A stretch of DNA of 64,000 nt from Nitrosopumilus sp. (GCA_965218695.1 OZ244651.1:640001-704000); one strand, 5' to 3'. Positions 6,588 to 15,698 are shown, counted from the stretch's first letter. Program-made: numbers and translations. Notes: generated by a model not told the origin, from the letters alone.

Positions 6588-9286
6588 GGACAAAACTGGC
6601 TGCAGTCGCATTGGTATTGGCAATAGCCGCCGCAGCATACGCGGGATTCGCAGAGGACGCGTTTGCCAAACAGCTCCAGGTGGTTACGTCGCGCGGCAAC
6701 GTCTTTACCGTAAAGGTTGACATACCGACCAACAGCACGCATACTGTCCTGGTAATCAACAGCACGCAAATAATCAACAGCACGCAGGTGATCAACAACA
6801 CCAACCCCGGGATAACCTTCCCGATGGAAATCGTCACGAAGAACGCAGAGGGCCACATCGTCTACGGGAACGGCACGAGTGGTGCAGAAAAGCCGCTGGA
6901 CCCGTACACGTTCCCAGGCGAGTTTGAGTTTGCAGCAGTCGTGCTGGACGCGGACGCCAAGAATACGATGCCCATACCCAAACTCCTGGCAAAATACGAG
7001 ATGGTTAATGACGATTCGCTGAACTGGATAGAGGACACCGACACCGGCGACAACATCCTGGTTCCGCTGGACGTGGATCCGGCAACATACGGGAACGGGT
7101 GGAAAGTGGAAGGCGATTGGACAGTACTTGACAACACTCCAGGGGAAAGCCGCAAGACACAGGCCAGCATAGACCTCCCGCTAAACGAGCAGCTCACGAT
7201 GAAGGGCGACATTTCAAGCGGCATGACGGTCCAAATCATATCGGTCGTACGGCCTTTCAACCCCAACACCGTCAGTTATTACAGTCAATACGTATCGTCT
7301 TCTTCTTCGTCTTTGGAAAAAAAGTATTTCGAGTATGACGGCCCGACATTCAGTTATTTTGGCAGTAAATACATACCCAAACAATGTACATGGTGGCCAA
7401 ACAGTTTGACATACCAGGGATTCAAGACCAACTATCCGAGTCCCGGACAGGGACTCGGGCCAAACCACATCGTCTATAATGGATACGGACCTACCAACGT
7501 GGCCACTAGCGCGGGCTGCGCAATACAACCACATATAACCACATACATAAATGGACCCGGGTCGAATATCGGATTCGACGGCGACCGATGGACAGGTTAT
7601 ACAATATACGGAGAGATGTTGAGAAGCACCAGCGGGCTTACCCTGTATCCAAACGTTTACGCTCTTGGCTGCCAGTCGTCAACGCACATAAGCGTAACGA
7701 CAAGTTATAGGGAAGGCGGAAGTAGCGGCATACACACCGTGAATGTGCCGTACACTAAAACGCCTACTGTGACTTGTGTCAGTGAACACGGATACCAAAA
7801 AATCACGAGAATTGACATCCCAGGCGAGTCCATACGAAAGAAAATAGAACGTGTTGGTTATGGTTCTGCTCCCACCTTGACGTTTTACGTGCCTGTGACT
7901 GCATCTGTCCGGATCGACATACCGCAAATACCGCCCACAATACAGGTGCTGCACTCGTTCAGCGGGCAAGACATTAGCCATCCTTTCACTATGCAGTCGT
8001 ACAGCGGAAACCTGTATCTCAGGACGGTCGGCGGTGACGCCACGTCGACGGCACAGATCAAGGTGTTTGAGGGAGAGGAGATCCCGCCGGCATTCATAGT
8101 TACGAACATGCCAGAGAATGCGCCGTACAGGATAACGGCCGACGGCATCACCATAATATCCGGCCTGACGTCGAGCGCAGGCGGCATAGAAGTCACTCCT
8201 GCAGACATGGATTTTGATTTCTTTGAGGGCAAGAATCTTGAACTCACGATATGGCCCGACTCCCTGTCCAGACGCGGAGGCAGCAGCGATGCCGTGATGT
8301 TTGACGCATACAACAAAGAAACCAAGGACTTTCGGTGGCACGTTCCAATCATATACGTGGCCGAATCCATGCTGCAGGTAAGCATAGATCAAGACGGCAT
8401 GGACATTGCCGGAGTCATATTGGAAGGCGGGTCTGACATCAGTTTTGATGGGCGCCAGGGGTTGTACAATGACGGGGACGAGTTGCTTGTCCCGCTGTAC
8501 CCGGATGCCAATGCGATTGCAATCAGGGTCAACGGGGAATGGGCAGACGGCATCCTGGCAGATATCCAGCAGTTTCCGCATTCTGTAAGAATGACAGAGG
8601 CCGAAAACTCCGCGACCAAATACGCTTTCAGCAATGACCTGGGATTCACGGTGGCGCGCGCGTCTGACAGGATCGCCGCGTTTGCCAACAGCACCGGCGA
8701 CATGCAGATCCAATTCGTCAATGCCAAGGCGTCCGGAAGCGCGGAATTCCCGTTTGACTCCTATTACTATGGAAACTTTACCCCGCCCGGAGCGCCTGAC
8801 ACGGAGGAGTGTTTCGTGTATGACAGGTGCGGTGTATGGGTGGACAGTGCCACGCATGCAGACCCGACCAGCGTCAGTTGGGGCCCGATAACGCAGTGGG
8901 TAATAGACAACAATCCGGCGGGGGTGCAGCAGGTGATGGCAGCACAGGGGCCGCTCACGGTATACGTCAATGCGTACGTAAACGGCGAATGGGTCCAAGG
9001 CCAGACGATATTTGAAAGCACGGACGTCACTGTCGTGCCCGGCGATTACTTGGACAGGCACCTCGTATACCAGTACAACGGCGGCCTGGAATACGGCATG
9101 GAAGACGACGATGCAACCATGCGCGTGCCGGTCCAATCAGGCGACTTTGTGGAGTTTGTGGTGAGCTCCAGAACAATGGCGGCCTCGACTCCGGTGTATG
9201 CAGGCAGCGGCACTTCAGCAGACGTATGGTGGGGAAACAGCACGTCGCGAATCCACAGCGGCCTCATGCAAGTCAGCATGCCGTGA
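6584..9286 (+). CDS. Large secreted beta-rich protein (putative adhesin) with variable central domain
   Basis: ATGA overlap with upstream gene, signal peptide ending AYA/AFA, paralog at 62757. Confidence 0.85.
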   Translation: MRTKLAAVALVLAIAAAAYAGFAEDAFAKQLQVVTSRGNVFTVKVDIPTNSTHTVLVINSTQIINSTQVINNTNPGITFPMEIVTKNAEGHIVYGNGTSGAEKPLDPYTFPGEFEFAAVVLDADAKNTMPIPKLLAKYEMVNDDSLNWIEDTDTGDNILVPLDVDPATYGNGWKVEGDWTVLDNTPGESRKTQASIDLPLNEQLTMKGDISSGMTVQIISVVRPFNPNTVSYYSQYVSSSSSSLEKKYFEYDGPTFSYFGSKYIPKQCTWWPNSLTYQGFKTNYPSPGQGLGPNHIVYNGYGPTNVATSAGCAIQPHITTYINGPGSNIGFDGDRWTGYTIYGEMLRSTSGLTLYPNVYALGCQSSTHISVTTSYREGGSSGIHTVNVPYTKTPTVTCVSEHGYQKITRIDIPGESIRKKIERVGYGSAPTLTFYVPVTASVRIDIPQIPPTIQVLHSFSGQDISHPFTMQSYSGNLYLRTVGGDATSTAQIKVFEGEEIPPAFIVTNMPENAPYRITADGITIISGLTSSAGGIEVTPADMDFDFFEGKNLELTIWPDSLSRRGGSSDAVMFDAYNKETKDFRWHVPIIYVAESMLQVSIDQDGMDIAGVILEGGSDISFDGRQGLYNDGDELLVPLYPDANAIAIRVNGEWADGILADIQQFPHSVRMTEAENSATKYAFSNDLGFTVARASDRIAAFANSTGDMQIQFVNAKASGSAEFPFDSYYYGNFTPPGAPDTEECFVYDRCGVWVDSATHADPTSVSWGPITQWVIDNNPAGVQQVMAAQGPLTVYVNAYVNGEWVQGQTIFESTDVTVVPGDYLDRHLVYQYNGGLEYGMEDDDATMRVPVQSGDFVEFVVSSRTMAASTPVYAGSGTSADVWWGNSTSRIHSGLMQVSMP

Positions 9287-9917
9287 TTGGCCAAAACGCG
9301 GCATAATTGAAAGATGGTACACCATACTGTACCAACAACCGTACATGCCATGTTTACTTATCATGAATACACATCCCTTTATTACTGACGGAACATCAAT
9401 AATGTCATGAACCTGACCAACCCACGGATATTCATCCCGCTGGCGTGGCTTGGCTGCACGGTCGCGTATTTCGTGGCGGCGTTCTGGCTGCCGAGGCCGG
9501 ACTTTGCGGTCCAGGAGACGGCAGTGCCGGTAAGCGGCATACTTGAGATTTGGTGGCACGAGATAATGAGGAGCGCGCCAGTGCTGATACCGGGGTTTGG
9601 TGCAGTATGGGGAATCCTTTCCAGCATGGGCTTTGCCCACTCCGTGTTCTTCATGTCAGAGAACGGTATGTTTGCCATGGGACCGCAGTTCATGTTCGTG
9701 ACGTTTCCGTTCCTTTCACTGTACTTGTTGGCGCAGTGCATCATGATCAGGCGCGGAATCCTGATACTCATGGCCTTGCGGCAGCCTGCAGAAACCGAAG
9801 AGGTGGCAGCAGCGTATAGTGCCCATCATAAAGATCCGGAACGGTAAACCCAGTTTTGGTTCCGGTACTGCCTGAATAATCAAAACCTTAAGATCAGCGA
9901 TACCTCCGCGCTTAATC

Positions 9918-11018
9918 ATGGCTGGTACAAAACGCCGAAACGAAAACATACCCAAGGGAGACGCGTTCATGGCAGGCACATCCATGAGGGAGATCCAAGA
10001 GGCCCTCAAAAAAGAGAAGAACGGCAAAGCAGTCAACATACTGCTTGCCTGCATGTGGAGGCGTGAGGGAGAAGACGGGGTATGGATCGCAGGCAAGCTG
10101 CACGTGCCGGTCAGTACCATTTACGACCGGCTGCACCGCATGCACTTGGGCGGTCTTGATGCATGTCCTGACAAGACCAAGCCCGGAAGGCCAAGAAAGA
10201 TCCAGCCAGAAATCCATTCAAAGATATCCGAGTCCATCGACAGGCAGCCGGGCGGATGTGGGATAAAATCCAACGTCTGGACCGGAAGGCTGATTCTGAT
10301 CATGATCTCCAGTCTGTTCTCCATTGACAACGTCTCTCCCAGTACGGCATACAGGACGATGCACAGGCTGAACAAGACATACAGAAAACCCGGAAGGCCG
10401 CGCCACGGCCGCTCGCCTTCTGACGAGGTAAAGGCAGAATTTAAGCGCGGCCTGGCAAAGGAGATTTTTAGCAATACCGTGGATGGACACCGCCTCTTCT
10501 GGATGGACGAGTCCCATTTTACCACAAAAACGATCCGCGGCATGACCTGGCTTGCGCGTGGCCTGTCAATACCGCAGGTGATCAAGCCGTTTGGCAGGAG
10601 CTACACGTGCTTTGGGGCACTGGGATTGGACGGTCTGCTACACCACAGGTACTATGACTGCGGCAACACCGATTCGATGATTGATTTTGTCAATGGCCTG
10701 CACGATGCCTACGGGAAGGTACTCTTGGTGATGGACAATGCATCCATCCACAAATCCAAAAAGCTGATGGCAGAGTTGAAAAAGTACGATGGGGACGTCA
10801 GGATTGCCTACCAGCCGACATATTCGCCGGATCTCAACCCAGTCGAGATGGTCTGGAAAGAACTCAAGAGGTACGTCGCCAACGGCCTGTACCGGCGTGT
10901 GGAGGACATGACGGGAGCCATGGACGAGATGATTCAGTCAGGCACGGTAAGTCTGCCCCAACTGCCAGAATACGCGACAGATGCAATCAGGCGCGCCAAG
11001 GCGACTGCTGCTGCCTGA
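9918..11018 (+). CDS. IS630 transposase
   Basis: WMDESHF, VMDNASIH, YSPDLNPVEMVW. Confidence 0.95.
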   Translation: MAGTKRRNENIPKGDAFMAGTSMREIQEALKKEKNGKAVNILLACMWRREGEDGVWIAGKLHVPVSTIYDRLHRMHLGGLDACPDKTKPGRPRKIQPEIHSKISESIDRQPGGCGIKSNVWTGRLILIMISSLFSIDNVSPSTAYRTMHRLNKTYRKPGRPRHGRSPSDEVKAEFKRGLAKEIFSNTVDGHRLFWMDESHFTTKTIRGMTWLARGLSIPQVIKPFGRSYTCFGALGLDGLLHHRYYDCGNTDSMIDFVNGLHDAYGKVLLVMDNASIHKSKKLMAELKKYDGDVRIAYQPTYSPDLNPVEMVWKELKRYVANGLYRRVEDMTGAMDEMIQSGTVSLPQLPEYATDAIRRAKATAAA

Positions 11019-11052
11019 CGACTTGGGGGCGAGGTGCGCGTACCTGTGGGAG

Positions 11053-11340
11053 TCAGGCCCGATCCTTCGAGTATGGATCACGACACTCGTGCCGCGCATC
11101 TAGCCCGCCGTGGTGCATCCGGCACAGCCAGTCCTCGACTGTATCGGGTGACATGTAAAACATGTCTGCAATCTCCGAGCACCCGTCACCTTCCTTGCGC
11201 CGTAGGCAAATGAGTAGCGGAAAACTGCTCCAGGCATACCTGTCCATCCCGTGTACTGCCCGGATGTCATTGGCAGATATGCCCTCCATGAATTTGTCCC
11301 CCTTGGGCACCTTGTCGTCCGGGTGTTTTTCTCCGGTCAC
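11053..11340 (-). CDS. HTH-only paralog of the IS630 transposase N-terminus
   Basis: PKGDKFMEG...LLICLRRKEG...IA...RMHHGGLDA aligns with transposase PKGDAFMAG...LLACMWRREG...IA...RMHLGGLDA. Confidence 0.75.
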   Translation of the reverse strand: MTGEKHPDDKVPKGDKFMEGISANDIRAVHGMDRYAWSSFPLLICLRRKEGDGCSEIADMFYMSPDTVEDWLCRMHHGGLDARHECRDPYSKDRA

Positions 11341-12089
11341 GGCATGGTCTGGGAGTGGAATGATCTAAACGTTTCTGCTGTCCCGGTAGTGCGATGCCGG
11401 ACGCGTGACGTGCCAAAATCCCCGTCACCATTCCGGATATTTATGACGGGTACTATACCACGAGTCCGAACAGACCGCTGGATGGAGCGAAAGCGGTAGC
11501 GGTGGATATGACGCCTCCTTTATTGACAAACTTGCTCCGATGGCAAGGCCGTTCCTGCGAGATGCCGGCATATTCTTCGCGCTGCTGTTCGTCTCGGCTG
11601 TCCTGACGTTCGTGGCATGGGGCGAGGCGCCGTCAAGCACGACGCTCCAGGCATATTGGACATACAACGGAATGCTTGACTATTGGGCAACACTGCCAGA
11701 AAGGATCGGTGAATTTGTGCCTGTCGTTGACTGGGACACCATGGTTGGCACCGCGTGGGAATCGCTTGTTTGATCCCGGCCGGCGTGCCATGACGAGGCG
11801 TGAATCTGCCATCGCGTGAATGACCCTCAATTGGAACCATCCCGCGGTACGTACGCATGCATGCACAGTTTCTGCAACGCGATGCTGTCTGTCTTGCCGC
11901 GCAAATGCCAGGTCATCTGCCAAACCATATTGTAAACGGCTCCGAGGTGGCACCGCCAAGATGTGTATATCTTAAGCTCATTCCGGCCAGATTGCCTTCG
12001 TACCGGTGCTCAAATTCGGCATGGCCTTTCCATGACATGCTGCCATGAAGCATTATGTGTCGCGTAGGGTCGGTGCGCGTCCCTCTGTC

Positions 12090-13634
12090 GTATGAATTCA
12101 CCTGCCCCTTATATCAGTCGACCAACTTCTTCGGCCACGCTCTTGCCATGTGCCCTCCACGTGAGGACGCACGTGACAAAATCTGCAAGGCGCTTCATGG
12201 CCTTGGAGCCGCCCTTGGTCTGCCCGCTTATCTTGCGGAACACCACCAGGTAGCGCAGCGCCCTCTCGCTGGCGTTGTTTGTAGGCTCGACGCCGGGATG
12301 CTCCAGGAACGCAAACATGCGGTGCAGGTGCCTCTCGAGCTTGTCCAGCACCTTTTGCATGTCGTCATCGTCACCACCACCACCGGCATCGCGGTACCGG
12401 TCAAGCACGTCCTGCATGGTGCGGTTCATCGTATGCCGCAGCTGTGGCGAGCGCGCCTCCTGCGCGGCCAGCAGTTTTGCCCTCTCAAACACCCACTTGT
12501 GGTCCTCGTGGAGCTGCCGCCGCCGCCGCCGGACACGTTTGGTCTCGGGAGGCACGGCGCAGTATTTTTCTGCCAGGTGCCTTGTCTGCCGGAGGTCGTG
12601 CGCCCAGCACGACTGGTGCATGCCGTCCTTGTCAAACCTGTCATATCCGGTGTACCCGTCAGTTATCGCCACCCCGTCAAATTTGTCCATGGCATCGAGC
12701 ATGAGCGTGGCCCTGCTCTGGCTGATGTTTATTGCGATGTTTTTGCCCGACTGTGCCACGTTTGCGTGTACCTTCTGGCCGTCGTTTCGCCAGCTGGTTT
12801 CGTCAAACCCGGCACAGTCAGAAGCCTCCACTTCCCCGAGGATCCTGCCTGCCTCGTGGCCCGAGGCGTCCCCGACGCGTGCCATGATGTTGTTGACGGT
12901 GGATCCTGCAAGCATAATGCCCGTTATGGAGCGCACCGCGACCGAGATTCCCTTGAGCGGCACCCGTGCCGCGCGCAGTTCTGAGACGAGTCCGACCATG
13001 CCCTTGCCGAAGTTGCCCCGCCGCGGCAGGTCGTTTGGAGCATCTTCCCTGCGGCCGCATGAGCCGCATACTGCAGTCTCCACGCGGTGCCGCGTCTCGC
13101 ACGCAGTCACCCTGATGTCCGTGATGTCCCGCACGCGCGGACTGCCAATCGCCATCCGGCCGCCGCCGCCGCCGCACCCGCATTCCGGGAGCACCGGCAC
13201 CCGCCTCCTGCCCGACTTCCTGCGCCCGAACCTGTGGGATACGGTCCTTTCCGGGTCGTGGGGGCGCGACGCCCCCGCGTGTCCCTTTCTTCCCCCGCGC
13301 TTGGATTTGCCCTCCTTTTCCTGTTTTTTTGCCCGCTCCCTCTTCTGGGCCTTCCATTCCAGGGATTCAGATGAGGGCGGCGTGTTGGGGTTTGTATAGT
13401 ATGTCATGAGGCGTTCGCTGTACCCCAAGGCCCTTTCAAGACGTTCTATCCTGCCAAGTGCCTTCTCAAGATCGGATTTGAGGGTGGCAATCTCCCGGTT
13501 CCGTGCTAGGAGTTCCTCTTTTAGCTGGTCCCTGCTCATGTGCCGTGAATTTACCATGTAAAGTGATGTGTATTGCCAGCATATGGATCAGTATGATCAT
13601 TTTTTTGTGACAGGAAGGACAGGTGAATTCATAC
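12090..13634 (-). mobile_element. IS66-family single-ORF (ISBst12-like) element, copy 1
   Basis: TIR GTATGAATTCACCTG; 8-bp TSD CCTCTGTC. Confidence 0.95.
12109..13557 (-). CDS. IS66 transposase
   Basis: NTPPSS, FDETSW, TDGY, QSCWAH, PTNNASERALR. Confidence 0.95.
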   Translation of the reverse strand: MVNSRHMSRDQLKEELLARNREIATLKSDLEKALGRIERLERALGYSERLMTYYTNPNTPPSSESLEWKAQKRERAKKQEKEGKSKRGGRKGHAGASRPHDPERTVSHRFGRRKSGRRRVPVLPECGCGGGGGRMAIGSPRVRDITDIRVTACETRHRVETAVCGSCGRREDAPNDLPRRGNFGKGMVGLVSELRAARVPLKGISVAVRSITGIMLAGSTVNNIMARVGDASGHEAGRILGEVEASDCAGFDETSWRNDGQKVHANVAQSGKNIAINISQSRATLMLDAMDKFDGVAITDGYTGYDRFDKDGMHQSCWAHDLRQTRHLAEKYCAVPPETKRVRRRRRQLHEDHKWVFERAKLLAAQEARSPQLRHTMNRTMQDVLDRYRDAGGGGDDDDMQKVLDKLERHLHRMFAFLEHPGVEPTNNASERALRYLVVFRKISGQTKGGSKAMKRLADFVTCVLTWRAHGKSVAEEVGRLI

Positions 13635-13912
13635 CCTCTGTCCGCTCAAACCTTTAAAAGAAAAGCATCCCAATACAAAACGTGGTTATTATAAACTGCA
13701 ATATTGTAGCGAAAGTTCGTATTTAAACTGCTTTTGGAAAAACTGGTATTCCCGTTTTGGCCGGTTCCGTGTAGGGCACAAGATACGGATTGCCGCCGTT
13801 GCACAACTCGATGTTTGACGCATGTCTGCAGTGTACCCTGCATGCTGGGAATCGGAGACGGCACAATGAAGAAGTTTTGCGGCCGTTTTATTAGATTCAA
13901 TGCCTGCTTCCC

Positions 13913-14128
13913 ATGGAACGCAGGCGGGCATGTCGCTGGGGGCCGATATCGGACATGTCAGTGGTTGTGAGCATGTCGGCGTTCTGGGCCGTCTGCGGGT
14001 GGCTGTTTGCGCAGATCATGTTTCCCGAACTGCCGCACATGGTGCCAATCACGATATCCCTGATACACATAACGCATGTGGCATATTTTGCCATTGCAGA
14101 CTGGCGTGCGTCAAGAACTATCCCTTGA
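13913..14128 (+). CDS. Small membrane protein
   Basis: Two hydrophobic segments; GGCCGTTTTA box 27 nt upstream. Confidence 0.45.
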   Translation: MERRRACRWGPISDMSVVVSMSAFWAVCGWLFAQIMFPELPHMVPITISLIHITHVAYFAIADWRASRTIP

Positions 14129-14174
14129 ATGCCGAATAGTAACGTGCTTCGTGGCAGTGTCACTTGCCGCATGA

Positions 14175-14321
14175 TCATTTGAGAAAGCAGTATTTGCACT
14201 GCGATGCGTATCCGGCCTGCCTGTTCTTGCCGCAGTCGTCGCACCACCCGTTGCCTATGCATGACTCACATACGGTCACGTTACTCTCACACCGATCCAT
14301 TCTGCAATGATTGCACATCAT
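14175..14321 (-). CDS. Cys-rich microprotein, paralog of 165..332
   Basis: MMCNHC...VCESCIGNGWCDDCGKNRQ...CKYC. Confidence 0.7.
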   Translation of the reverse strand: MMCNHCRMDRCESNVTVCESCIGNGWCDDCGKNRQAGYASQCKYCFLK

Positions 14322-14545
14322 GGACGGATATGCTCCAAAATGGTATAAGGGAAAAGTCACATGCAGGCAGACAGGCAGCACCGTATGGCGTTATGGTTCA
14401 TCCAATGTGAATGCAAATGGACCGCAAAGGCGCATCATGCACGGAATCTGGACGTGAGCGATACTGTCGTTGAGGTGGCACGCCCGTAAACCACTGCAAT
14501 CCAAGACGGGGTTTGTATAAATATCGAAAATGATCTACGTATCCC

Positions 14546-14686
14546 ATAGCAAAACGAGTTACAATCATGATCAGTGACGATCTGGACCGCAAGGTGCGGG
14601 AGTACCAGGCCAGGACAATACAGGAAACCAACAGGGCATACAGTTACTCCAAGGCCATCAACGACTTACTGAGAAAGGACATCTGA
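14546..14686 (+). CDS. Ribbon-helix-helix microprotein (ATA in the start position)
   Basis: (I)AKRVTIMISDDLDRKVREYQA...YSYSKAINDLLRK; same length as paralog 53831..53971. Confidence 0.65.
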   Translation: MAKRVTIMISDDLDRKVREYQARTIQETNRAYSYSKAINDLLRKDI

Positions 14687-14839
14687 CGGCGCACAGTCCG
14701 GCTCGTGTTGCTGGTGTCATGGGCCACCGGCTGGATTTCCCGGGGGGCATAGTGGCGGTACCTGCCAGATTCATGTCAGGGTGCGCAGGTCACGACTCCA
14801 TGACAACATTCAGATCCGGATGATGGTGTATCCTGCAGA

Positions 14840-15121
14840 TCAGCAGTACTTTTTGAGCTGCTCCACCATGGCATCGAGTATGACATCGCGGCTTATTAGT
14901 ATGCATGGGATGTTATTCTCCCTGCACGCCTTACCATTTTCAACATCCTCTGTAATCAGCACCATGCCGTTGTCCCTGACATAGCTGATCACAGAATAGT
15001 CGGTCTTGAGCGGATGGCCCTGGGCCAGGAGCTTCTTGACGCTGTACGCCTTGCACTTGAGGCCAAGGCTGTTAATCTTGTAATCAAAGCCGTCATACAT
15101 CTCGTCAAGCAGTACGTCCAT
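14840..15121 (-). CDS. DUF5615/Mut7-like PIN-domain protein
   Basis: MDVLLDEM...D..VI.Y......VLITED. Confidence 0.75.
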   Translation of the reverse strand: MDVLLDEMYDGFDYKINSLGLKCKAYSVKKLLAQGHPLKTDYSVISYVRDNGMVLITEDVENGKACRENNIPCILISRDVILDAMVEQLKKYC

Positions 15122-15455
15122 ACGCGCAACTTGCAGGCTGCTTGGTATTAACATGTTTGGACATGTCCTGTCCGGGCTAGCCGGCCACATCAGTCTGGCC
15201 ACCTGCAGGCTGCTGCCAAGATCAAAAAAGGTGCTACCCCGCATGAAAGCACTGGGGTGTTCTGGAACGGCGCAATGCCTGCCAGTGCAGTGCCGTTCAG
15301 GCGCAGTACAGTTCCGGATGCTGTCGCGTGTGACGTCATATGCGTACGTGCAGAGTCATGCAGCCTGCCCGGATCGGCAGCCATGTCATATCATGCCTTG
15401 TAGAGCAGTCCCTGCAGGCGTCAGGTACTTAACCGCCAATGGCATACTGTCGATT

Positions 15456-15698
15456 GTGGAGGACAACAAGGAGGATGACCCAGGGGCATCAAAAAGGGAC
15501 CACATGGCATACTACAGATCACTGTGCAGGACCATCTCGGAGATCAAACAGGAGATGGGATCCGAGGAAGACCCCACCATAAGGAGCCATCTTGACGGAA
15601 GGGTCAGGGCCATGGAGCAGGATCTTGACAGGATAAAAAAGATGTTTCCAGATGTCACGCCAGAAGAGTGGGATGCAGAAGCCGCCCCCGGCGACTGA
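15456..15698 (+). CDS. Conserved hypothetical protein
   Basis: Helical, charged ORF with core-like codon use. Confidence 0.65.
   Translation: MEDNKEDDPGASKRDHMAYYRSLCRTISEIKQEMGSEEDPTIRSHLDGRVRAMEQDLDRIKKMFPDVTPEEWDAEAAPGD

Larger units (their letters stand above)
9817..11455 (+). mobile_element. IS630-family element with two convergent ORFs
   Basis: ~29-bp TIRs TAGTGCCCATCATAAAGATCCGGAACGGT / TAGTACCCGTCATAAATATCCGGAATGGT; TA duplication. Confidence 0.92.
9407..11773 (+). pseudogene. Multi-pass membrane protein (SpoIIM-like topology) interrupted by IS630
   Basis: Removing 9817-11455 plus one TA fuses 9407.. and 11540..11773 in frame (...VAAAY-HESEQTAG...DKLAPMARPF...). Confidence 0.8.

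Noticed and set aside
7270-7900. Diversity-generating retroelement explaining the variable domain
   Set aside because: No reverse transcriptase or template repeat in the window; the paralogs differ by indels and non-A substitutions. Kept only as a test to run.
12055-13399. Long antisense ORFs over IS66 (and similar ones over EF-2, the S-layer gene and the adhesin)
   Set aside because: Shadow frames of GC-rich coding sequence with no motifs.
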